Assembly: GCA_049802775.1 (NCBI GenBank)
Contig: JBARNC010000052.1
Coordinates: 10,997 to 74,996, forward strand
Length of the DNA stretch: 64,000 nucleotides
Direction of reading: 5' to 3'
Source of the DNA: Pseudolabrys sp.
GTDB lineage: Bacteria > Pseudomonadota > Alphaproteobacteria > Rhizobiales > Xanthobacteraceae
The notes under the pieces were generated by a model. That model was not told the DNA's origin and ran no database searches. It saw nothing but the letters and a program-made list of their open reading frames with translations. Each line of letters opens with the position of its first letter. Position 1 is the stretch's first letter. Made by a program: the position numbers and the translations under genes. Shown here piece after piece: positions 1 to 7,547 of the stretch.

Positions 1-1558
1 TTTCGATGGCGGCCTGCGCACGCGTTTCGCTAGTTTCCGCAACGTATTGGGACCAGCGGTGACGCTGGCGACCGTTGGTGTGTTGATCACCGCGCTGCTT
101 ACCGCGCCGGTGGCAAAACTGGTACTTGGCATAAACTGGATTCAGGCCCTTCTCATTGGAGCGGTCGTCGCTTCAACTGATGCGGCTGCGGTGTTTTTTC
201 TGATCAATGCGCGGGGCTTGCGGTTGCGCCCGCGCGTGCGCGCGGTGCTGGAAGTGGAATCCGCCACCAATGATCCGTTTGCCGTGTTTCTCGCGCTGCT
301 GCTGGTCGAAATATTGCTTCTCGGCGAGCAGAGTTGGTCGCATGCATTGTTTACTTTCCTGCGTGACGCCATTCTCGGCTGCATCATCGGCTTCGCCGGT
401 GGTCAAATCATTACTTTGGTGCTCAACCGATTGACGCTGGCGCAAGGTCTGCACGCGCCATTCGTGGCGGTAAGCGCGCTGGTCGTCTTTGCCTTTGCCA
501 ATACGCTACACGCGTCGGGATTTCTCGCGGTCTATCTCACCGGCCTCGTGGTCGGCAACAAACAGACGCGCGCCCACAATTCTGTCGTCGTATTTCTCGA
601 TGCCATTACCTGGCTGGCGCAGATCGTGATGTTCGTACTGCTTGGTCTGTTGGCATGGCCGCATCGGCTGGCCGATAGTCTGTTCGGGTCCATGGCGGTA
701 GCGCTGATCCTGATGTTGGTCGCGCGGCCTGTGGCGGTATTCCTTTGTCTGGCGCCCTTTAATTTTCAGTGGCGTGAGGTAGCGTTCATTTCCTGGGTCG
801 GCCTGCGTGGTGCTGTTGGCATTTTTCTCGCGTCGATCCCACTGCTGGTCGGCGTGCCCCGGGCCAATCTGTTTTTCGATGTCGCTTTCGTGGTGGTGCT
901 CTCGTCGCTGCTGGTGCAGGGCTGGACGGTAGCGCTGGCTGCCCGCAAGCTCGATATCTCATTTGCTCGCGCCGACCCGCTTCCGCGTCGCGTCGAGCTC
1001 GATCTGCCGGGGCAGCTTGCACGGGAGATCGTCGGATATCCAGTGCCCGCCAATAGCCCATTCCTACGGCGCGGCCTGATCCCGAGCTGGGCGCGACCGA
1101 CGCTGGTCATTCGCAACGAGGAAATCCTCACGCCCGCGGAAGCGCATCCCGTGCGCGAAGGCGACTACATTTATCTTTTGGCGCCGCCGGAAAAGGCGCA
1201 GGCGCTCGATCGTTTCTTCGTCAAGATGACGGCACCGGCGTCGCCCGATCCGCGGCTGCTCGGCGATTTCTTCGTGCCGGGAACGGCGACGCTTGGCGCG
1301 CTAGCGGAGATCTACGGCCTTCAAGTTGCTGCCGATCACACCGAAGTGGCGCTTGCCGACTATTTCAGCGAGCAGCTTCGACGTCGGGTGAAAACGGGCG
1401 ATATCGTCGAATTGGGCCCTATCGCACTGCTTGCGCACAAGGTCGACAGCGGCCGTGTTACGACTGTGGGCTTGAGGTTGGCGGAACCGGAGTTGCCAGC
1501 CGATCTGTTCGGTCGCGTTCAGACCTGGTGGAATCGGGTTCAGAGATATTTCGGCTAG
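1..1558 (+). CDS. K+/H+ (cation:proton) antiporter, NhaP2/CPA1-like, with a soluble C-terminal TrkA-C-like domain; 5' end cut by the window edge
   Basis: The frame is open from nt 2 (FDGGLRTRFASFRNVLGPA...) into ORF 47..1558. The N-terminal ~380 aa are polytopic, with exchanger-type motifs (ASTDAAAVF, ESATNDP), followed by a hydrophilic C-terminal domain. Confidence 0.8.
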   Translation, partial: FDGGLRTRFASFRNVLGPAVTLATVGVLITALLTAPVAKLVLGINWIQALLIGAVVASTDAAAVFFLINARGLRLRPRVRAVLEVESATNDPFAVFLALLLVEILLLGEQSWSHALFTFLRDAILGCIIGFAGGQIITLVLNRLTLAQGLHAPFVAVSALVVFAFANTLHASGFLAVYLTGLVVGNKQTRAHNSVVVFLDAITWLAQIVMFVLLGLLAWPHRLADSLFGSMAVALILMLVARPVAVFLCLAPFNFQWREVAFISWVGLRGAVGIFLASIPLLVGVPRANLFFDVAFVVVLSSLLVQGWTVALAARKLDISFARADPLPRRVELDLPGQLAREIVGYPVPANSPFLRRGLIPSWARPTLVIRNEEILTPAEAHPVREGDYIYLLAPPEKAQALDRFFVKMTAPASPDPRLLGDFFVPGTATLGALAEIYGLQVAADHTEVALADYFSEQLRRRVKTGDIVELGPIALLAHKVDSGRVTTVGLRLAEPELPADLFGRVQTWWNRVQRYFG

Positions 1559-2100
1559 AGCGCGCGCCGTGAAAGGGCCGGCACGTGCTGCGCCAGCCAG
1601 GCGCCGCCGAACAGTACCGCGGTCCAGAACAGGTCGCCGAGTACAGTCTTGTCCAGGAACGGGAGCGCCGTGACATAGCACTGCACGAGGCCTTGCCAGG
1701 TGAGCGGATACATATCGCTGAAAACCCAAACCGCGAAATTCGTGGTCGCAAAGAAAATCAATGAACACGATAACATCGCCACAATCACCGGAATTGCGCC
1801 CGGCCAGCGGCGCGCCAGCATTCCTCCGAATACCGGCAGGGTGATAGCGAGGCAGACTACCAGCGTGATCCGCCAGTCATCACCCGCTAGTGCGACGTTG
1901 CTTAGCATCACGGCGGCGAGCGGTACAATTGCAGCGAGCGCTGGGATTCGTAGCACCCGGCCGGCGAATAACGCGCTGGCTGCGAACGGCCAGACACCGG
2001 GCGCATGCGGTAGTAAGCGGGCGGCCACATCGAAGCCGATCAGAAATCCCACAAGTAGTAAATCCATCCACAGGTCGGCGCGGGTCTTGGTCGGCTGCAT
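1555..2100 (-). CDS. Small polytopic inner-membrane protein (about 6 hydrophobic helices), function unknown; from memory resembles the DUF6580 putative-transporter family
   Basis: ORF of 181 aa made almost entirely of hydrophobic segments. It lies downstream of, and in the same orientation as, the BtuF-fold gene. The family name is recalled from memory, not verified. Confidence 0.55.
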   Translation of the reverse strand: MQPTKTRADLWMDLLLVGFLIGFDVAARLLPHAPGVWPFAASALFAGRVLRIPALAAIVPLAAVMLSNVALAGDDWRITLVVCLAITLPVFGGMLARRWPGAIPVIVAMLSCSLIFFATTNFAVWVFSDMYPLTWQGLVQCYVTALPFLDKTVLGDLFWTAVLFGGAWLAQHVPALSRRAL

Positions 2101-2192
2101 CGCTGTCAGGTCCTATGTATCGCGGTCATCCGTTCATAACACAACGGGGAGAGGATTTTCTACCGGCCCCGAGTGGCCCAATATTCATGGGC

Positions 2193-2990
2193 TTATATCG
2201 CGTCCTTTTCAACCCATTCGGAAATGATTCCCGCCAGTTGATCGAGTCCATCGGTAAGCGCGGCGGGCCCCGGCTGGAGAATCAGTGCGGATTTGATCTC
2301 GCGTAGCCAGCCATTGGCAATGGCAGGAACTTCGGAAAAGCCCGGACGCTCCGCAACTTTCGCCGGCACGAATTTCTTGCCGCACCAAGAGCCGACAATG
2401 ATGTCCGGCTTGGCCGCGATCACCTCACCCGGGGAGACAATGCGATCCTTGGCATTCTTGCGCCCAGCAAGCTGCGGAAACACGTCGATACCGCCGGCGG
2501 CCTCGATCAGCTCGGACACCCAGGCAATGCCGGAAATCATCGGCTCGTCCCACTCTTCGAAATAGATGCGTGGCCGGCGCTGGAACTGCAACGAACGCGT
2601 GTGCACGGTGTTAACGTGCGCGGCGAGCGAATTGGCCAAAGCGTTGGCTTTTTCCGACACGGCGACCAGCGCTCCGAGCGTGCAGATCATGTCGAGAATC
2701 CCGCCAATATCGCGCTGGTTGAAGGTGTGAACAGCGATGTTATTGCGAATTAATTCTGCGACAATGTCGGCCTGCAAATCGGAAAAAGTGAGCACCAGAT
2801 CCGGTTTGAGCGCGAGAATTTTCGGTACGTCGGCGGAGATAAAGGCCGATACGCGTGGCTTTTCCCGCCGGACTTGCGGCGGCCGCACGGCATAGCCCGA
2901 CACGCCGACAATGCGGCGATCCTCGCCGAGGAGATATAGCGTCTCAACAGTTTCCTCGGTCAGGCAGACGATTCGCTCCGGGGGAAACAT
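2193..2990 (-). CDS. BtuF/FecB/TroA-fold (class III) binding protein without a signal peptide; usually annotated cobalamin-binding protein
   Basis: ORF of 265 aa starting MFPPERIVCLTEETVETLYLLG, with no hydrophobic leader. The two-lobe pattern (KPDLVL..., KPDIIVGSW...) is typical of this fold. The start lies 3 nt after the modC stop. Confidence 0.7.
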   Translation of the reverse strand: MFPPERIVCLTEETVETLYLLGEDRRIVGVSGYAVRPPQVRREKPRVSAFISADVPKILALKPDLVLTFSDLQADIVAELIRNNIAVHTFNQRDIGGILDMICTLGALVAVSEKANALANSLAAHVNTVHTRSLQFQRRPRIYFEEWDEPMISGIAWVSELIEAAGGIDVFPQLAGRKNAKDRIVSPGEVIAAKPDIIVGSWCGKKFVPAKVAERPGFSEVPAIANGWLREIKSALILQPGPAALTDGLDQLAGIISEWVEKDAI

Positions 2991-2993
2991 TCC

Positions 2994-3680
2994 CTAAGCA
3001 AGCATATCGGCCTGTGCCGCGTCGAGCAGGTCGATGCCACCGGTTGCCGCAACCCTTCCGTCTACGAGCCGAACTACGCTGCTGGCGATGCGTCTCACTT
3101 CGGCAGCATTGTGACTGACGTAAATGATTGGCACGCGCGCCTCGTCTCGTAGACGTTCTAGATAGGGCAGGATGCCGCGTTTGCGTGCGGCATCGAGGGA
3201 AGCCAGCGGTTCGTCCAGCAGCAGCAGGCGTGGGCGCATCAACAGCGCGCGGCCGACGGCAACGCGCTGACGTTCGCCGCCCGAGAGCTTGCCCGGTCGC
3301 CGATCGAGCAAGTGACTAATATTCAGCAACTCGACCACGTGATTGAATGCGGCCGGATTAGCTACGTGGCCGGCCATCCAGCGTCCATAGTCAAGGTTGT
3401 GCTTGACCGTGAGGTGTGGAAACAGTCGACCTTCCTGGAACACATAGCCGATGCGCCGCCGGAAAACCGGCACGTCGATGTGCGTCACAGTTTCAAAAAG
3501 TACTTCGCCGTCAAGCACAATGCGGCCGCGGTCGGGCTTCATCAATCCGGCAATCATATTGATAACGCTGGTTTTGCCTGCACCGGAGGGTCCAAACAGC
3601 GCGGCCGTGCCGCCTTCGCTCGCGAATGAGGCATTAATCGCGAACTCGCCGAGCTGTTTTTCGACTTGAACGACAAGCAT
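2994..3680 (-). CDS. modC: Molybdate ABC transporter ATP-binding protein, short form (228 aa, no C-terminal TOBE/Mop domain)
   Basis: Walker A GPSGAGKTS, signature LSGGERQRV and Walker B LLLLDEP are present. The start was reset to ATG 3680 (MLVVQVEKQLG), 2 nt after the modB stop. The listed ORF 2994..4082 is an upstream extension overlapping modB. Confidence 0.85.
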   Translation of the reverse strand: MLVVQVEKQLGEFAINASFASEGGTAALFGPSGAGKTSVINMIAGLMKPDRGRIVLDGEVLFETVTHIDVPVFRRRIGYVFQEGRLFPHLTVKHNLDYGRWMAGHVANPAAFNHVVELLNISHLLDRRPGKLSGGERQRVAVGRALLMRPRLLLLDEPLASLDAARKRGILPYLERLRDEARVPIIYVSHNAAEVRRIASSVVRLVDGRVAATGGIDLLDAAQADMLA

Positions 3681-3682
3681 GG

Positions 3683-4378
3683 CTATGCCCCATGCAGGCG
3701 CGCAGTTGCGCGCCTCGAGAGCCATTCCGAGGCTAGCAGCGCCGCGAATGAGATGATGATCGATACGACCACCAGTTTGAGCGCGCCGGTGTCGCCGCCG
3801 GGGACCTGCAGGAGCGTATAGATCGCAGCGGAAATCGTTTGTGTCTCGCCCGGAATGTTGGACACAAAGGTGATGGTGGCGCCGAATTCGCCAAGTGCTC
3901 GCGCGAAAGCGAGCATCATTCCGGCGATGATGCCAGGCAACGCGAGCGGCAGCGTCACCGTCACGAATGTCCACATCCGGTTTGCGCCAAGCGTCGCGGC
4001 TGCGTCCTCTAGCCGTCTGTCGATTGACTCGACCGACAAGCGGATCGCTCGCACCATCAACGGAAATGCCATCACGCCGCAAGCAAGCGCCGCGCCGGTC
4101 CAGCGGAAGGAGAAAACGATTCCAAAATGATCCGCGAGGAATGCACCGAATGGCGCCTTGCGGCCAAAGCTGATCAGCAACAGATAGCCGGTGACCACCG
4201 GTGGCAGTACCAGCGGCAGGTGAACGGCGGCATCGATTATCGATTTCCCCCAGAATGACTTACGGGCCAACAGCGTTGCGATCGTGATTCCAAGCGGCAA
4301 CGCGACCAATGTTGAAACTGCGGCGACACGCAGCGACAGCTGAACCGCGGTCCAGTCCTGGGGGGAAAGTTCGAACAC
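3683..4378 (-). CDS. modB: Molybdate ABC transporter permease
   Basis: ORF of 231 aa with a CysT/ModB-type permease pattern (EAA loop region AFARALGEFGATITF), located between modA and modC. Confidence 0.87.
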   Translation of the reverse strand: MFELSPQDWTAVQLSLRVAAVSTLVALPLGITIATLLARKSFWGKSIIDAAVHLPLVLPPVVTGYLLLISFGRKAPFGAFLADHFGIVFSFRWTGAALACGVMAFPLMVRAIRLSVESIDRRLEDAAATLGANRMWTFVTVTLPLALPGIIAGMMLAFARALGEFGATITFVSNIPGETQTISAAIYTLLQVPGGDTGALKLVVVSIIISFAALLASEWLSRRATARLHGA

Positions 4379-4394
4379 GCGCCTTAATGCCCGC

Positions 4395-5180
4395 TTAGGA
4401 TACCGGACGGATCAGGAAACTGAATCCGTATTTTTCGAAGGTCGCCTTGGCGGCCTGCGTGCGAAGAAAACCGAGATACGCTGCAACGCCCGGGTTCTTA
4501 CTATCGGACGTTGCCGCCACCGGATAGGTGACCGAGGGATAGGAATCATCGGGGAACGCGCCAATGATTTTAACCTTGGGCTCAATCTTGGCGTCGGTCT
4601 CATAGACGATGCCAATCGGCGTCTCACCGCGCGCGACGAAGGCGAGCGTCGCCCGTACGTTTTCCGCTTGCGCGAGCTTTGGCTCCGCCACTGCCCAGGC
4701 ACCCAATTTTTCGAGTGCTGCCCTGGCATATAGTCCGGCCGGCACCGCCTTCACGTCGGCGACTGCGATACGGCCATCGCCCGCAAGTCTGGCAATGTCG
4801 AAACCTTGGTCGATCCTGATACGGTCAAACTTGGAATCTACCGGGGCGATCAACACCAATTTATTGCCAAGAAGATTCACGCGGGTGTCCAACTTGATCA
4901 GCTTGTGCTCGGCTGCGTAGTCCATCCAGCGCAGGTCAGCGGAGACAAATACATCGGCGGGCGCGCCCTGCTCGATCTGTCGCGCCAAAGCAGAACTTGC
5001 CTCGTAGCTCGTCACGACCTTGATGCCGGTGGTCTTGGTGAAGGCTGCATTGGCATCATCGAGCGCATTTTTAAGAGAAGCTGCGGCGAAGACTGTAATC
5101 TGTTCCTGTGCGATCAACGGTTCCGGCGCGCCGACCAGTGTGATGATCAAGCAAGGAAGGCCAAAAAACCATGCAAACAT
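4395..5180 (-). CDS. modA: Molybdate ABC transporter periplasmic binding protein
   Basis: ModA-type N-terminus after a signal peptide (ITVFAAASLKNALDD). ATG 5180 is preceded by AGGAG at about -8. The track ORF extends to 5207. Confidence 0.87.
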   Translation of the reverse strand: MFAWFFGLPCLIITLVGAPEPLIAQEQITVFAAASLKNALDDANAAFTKTTGIKVVTSYEASSALARQIEQGAPADVFVSADLRWMDYAAEHKLIKLDTRVNLLGNKLVLIAPVDSKFDRIRIDQGFDIARLAGDGRIAVADVKAVPAGLYARAALEKLGAWAVAEPKLAQAENVRATLAFVARGETPIGIVYETDAKIEPKVKIIGAFPDDSYPSVTYPVAATSDSKNPGVAAYLGFLRTQAAKATFEKYGFSFLIRPVS

Positions 5181-5351
5181 GGCGGTTCTCCTGCGGCGCA
5201 GACGCACACCGCGTCGGACTGATAATCAGAGAATGAGTTCGCTCGGAACCGCCGTTCCGGCTCATGCAGCGCACGCACAGGGCGCAACAATCAGTAACCC
5301 TAGCAAGTCCTGCCGACCGGGGTAAAGTCCGGGTTCGGCAAGGGGAAGGGA

Positions 5352-6983
5352 ATGGCGGACGCAAAGCCCATCGAAGGCGAGTTCGACTACATCATCGTGG
5401 GCGCGGGCTCGGCCGGCTGCGTACTAGCCAACCGACTGTCGGCTGATCCTACAAACCGCGTGCTGCTTTTGGAGGCGGGCGGCAAAGACAACTGGATCTG
5501 GTTTCACATCCCAGTTGGCTATCTTTTTGCAATCGGCAATCCACGCGCCGACTGGCTACTCAAAACCGAGCCGGAGCCCGGCCTCAATGGTCGAAGCTTG
5601 AACTATCCCCGCGGCAAAGTGATTGGCGGATCTTCGGCGATCAACGGCATGATCTACATGCTCGGTCAATCCGGCGACTACGATCATTGGCGCCAGCTCG
5701 GCTTGCCCGGCTGGTCGTGGGACGACGTGCGGCCTTACTTTCGCAAGCATGTCGATCATTTCCTCAAAAGCGATCATCACGCCGCGGGTGGCGAATGGCG
5801 GGTCGAGTATCCGCGTTTGACCTGGGAACTACTTGACGCGTTCCGGGCGGCGGCGAACCAGTATGGCATTCCGACAGTTCATGATTTCAATACCGGCGAC
5901 AACGAGGGCATCTGCTATTTCCACGTCAACCAGAAGCGCGGACGCCGCTGGTCGGCGGCACGTGGTTTTTTGAAGCCAGTGCTGCACCGAAAAAATCTTC
6001 AACTCGAAACGGGCTGTCTTGTTGAAGGGCTGGAGTTGAATGACAAGCGCGCAGGCGGCGTGCGCTGGCGGCAGAATGGTGAGTTGCGTAATGCGCGATG
6101 CCGCGGCGAGGTGATCCTTGCTGCCGGTGCCATCGGTTCGCCGCACATCATGATGCTTTCCGGGATGGGCCCGGCTGCGCATTTATCGCAATTCGGAATT
6201 CCTGTCGCGCTCGACAAACCGGGTGTCGGCGCCAATCTGCATGATCATTTGCAGCTGCGTATGATCTTCAAGGTTTCCGGCGTGAAAACGCTGAATGAGA
6301 CTTACGCCTCTTTATTCAACCGACTCGGAATGGGTCTGAATTACGTGTTGCGCCGCCGCGGGCCGATGACTATGGCGCCGTCGCAACTTGGTGCTTTTAC
6401 CAAGTCGGACCCATCGCAAAGCAGCGCGAATATCCAGTATCACGTGCAACCGCTTTCACTCGACAAATTTGGAGAGCCATTGCATCCGTTTCCGGCATTC
6501 ACGGCGAGCGTTACCAATGTGAGGCCGACCAGCCGCGGAGCGCTCACGCTCAAATCCAGGGACCCTTCGCAAGCGCCGGCCATCAAGCCGAACTATTTGT
6601 CGACGCCGGAGGATCAGCGCGTTGCTGCCGATTCAATCCGTGTTACGCGCAAAATCGTGGCACAACCGGCGCTGCAAAAATATTCGCCCATCGAATATCT
6701 GCCGGGAGCACAGGTGCGAAACGACGACGAGACCAGTCTGATCAAATCGGCCGGCGACATCGGCACGACGATTTTCCATCCCGTCGGCACTGCCCGTATG
6801 GGCCGCGACGACGATACTCGCGCGGTGGTGAACGCGCGCCTGCGTGTAATCGGGATCGATTGTTTGCGGGTGGTGGATGCCTCCGTGATGCCGTCGATTA
6901 CGTCCGGCAACACCAATTCGCCGACCATGATGATTGCGGAAAAGGGCGCGGCGATGATCTTGGAGGATCAAAAGCGTTTATAG
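5352..6983 (+). CDS. GMC-family FAD oxidoreductase (choline/alcohol dehydrogenase-like)
   Basis: ORF of 543 aa with the N-terminal dinucleotide fold YIIVGAGSAGCVLANRLS, GMC signature regions and the C-terminal motif HPVGTARMG. Confidence 0.9.
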   Translation: MADAKPIEGEFDYIIVGAGSAGCVLANRLSADPTNRVLLLEAGGKDNWIWFHIPVGYLFAIGNPRADWLLKTEPEPGLNGRSLNYPRGKVIGGSSAINGMIYMLGQSGDYDHWRQLGLPGWSWDDVRPYFRKHVDHFLKSDHHAAGGEWRVEYPRLTWELLDAFRAAANQYGIPTVHDFNTGDNEGICYFHVNQKRGRRWSAARGFLKPVLHRKNLQLETGCLVEGLELNDKRAGGVRWRQNGELRNARCRGEVILAAGAIGSPHIMMLSGMGPAAHLSQFGIPVALDKPGVGANLHDHLQLRMIFKVSGVKTLNETYASLFNRLGMGLNYVLRRRGPMTMAPSQLGAFTKSDPSQSSANIQYHVQPLSLDKFGEPLHPFPAFTASVTNVRPTSRGALTLKSRDPSQAPAIKPNYLSTPEDQRVAADSIRVTRKIVAQPALQKYSPIEYLPGAQVRNDDETSLIKSAGDIGTTIFHPVGTARMGRDDDTRAVVNARLRVIGIDCLRVVDASVMPSITSGNTNSPTMMIAEKGAAMILEDQKRL

Positions 6984-7540
6984 TTGAACCGCGAGAGCGA
7001 ATTAAGGGAATCCTGCTGCAACCGAAATCGGAATGGCCGGCGATCGAGCGTGAGCCGGGCAACGCAGGATATTTGTTTCCCAACTATGTGGCGATCGTCG
7101 CCGCCATTCCAGCAGTGTGCACTTTTATCGGTACGTCAATTATCGGAGTCGGGCCATATCGTGACGGCATCGGCATCGGTCTTTTACGCGCTGTCGTAGT
7201 CTATGTTCTCTCATTGGTCGGCGTCTTTGTTGTCGCCTATATTATCGATTCTCTTGCCGGTACGTTCGGCGCCCGAAAAAATCCCGATAACGCCATGAAG
7301 GTATCGGCCTATGCGCCGACCGCTGCTTGGGTGGCTGGCGTGTTCAACATCATCCCGGCGTTGGCCTTCCTGGGGATACTCGGTCTGTACAGCATCTATC
7401 TGCTGTACACGGGCATTGCCGCTTTGATGAAGCCCGCGGCGGACAAGGCAGTGATTTACACGATCGCCGTCATCGTCTGCGCGATCATCGTCTGGATCGC
7501 CATTTTTGGCATCACGGCGATGCTGTTTGGCGTGATCTAG
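6860..7540 (+). CDS. Yip1-family (DUF1282-like) membrane protein; start codon uncertain
   Basis: The conserved-looking N-terminus IVEPRERIKGILLQPKSEWPAIEREPG begins near 6980, followed by 5 hydrophobic helices. The only canonical in-frame start upstream is ATG 6860, which overlaps the GMC gene by 124 nt (see finding). Confidence 0.6.
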   Translation: MFAGGGCLRDAVDYVRQHQFADHDDCGKGRGDDLGGSKAFIVEPRERIKGILLQPKSEWPAIEREPGNAGYLFPNYVAIVAAIPAVCTFIGTSIIGVGPYRDGIGIGLLRAVVVYVLSLVGVFVVAYIIDSLAGTFGARKNPDNAMKVSAYAPTAAWVAGVFNIIPALAFLGILGLYSIYLLYTGIAALMKPAADKAVIYTIAVIVCAIIVWIAIFGITAMLFGVI

Positions 7541-7547
7541 CTGCAGA

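Noticed and set aside
5181-5351. Moco riboswitch or E. coli-type ModE box upstream of modA
   Set aside because: There is a GGUUCCGAGC stretch and a small hairpin, but not the conserved Moco-motif architecture that I can recognise, and no TATAT-N7-TAYAT box. It is left as unexplained palindromes; cmsearch with RF01055 would be decisive.
6984-7199. TTG-initiated 71-aa ORF right after the GMC stop
   Set aside because: It is out of frame with the Yip1-like sequence and has a Cys/Arg/Ser-rich, non-membrane composition. The neighbouring frame encodes the recognisable Yip1 protein.
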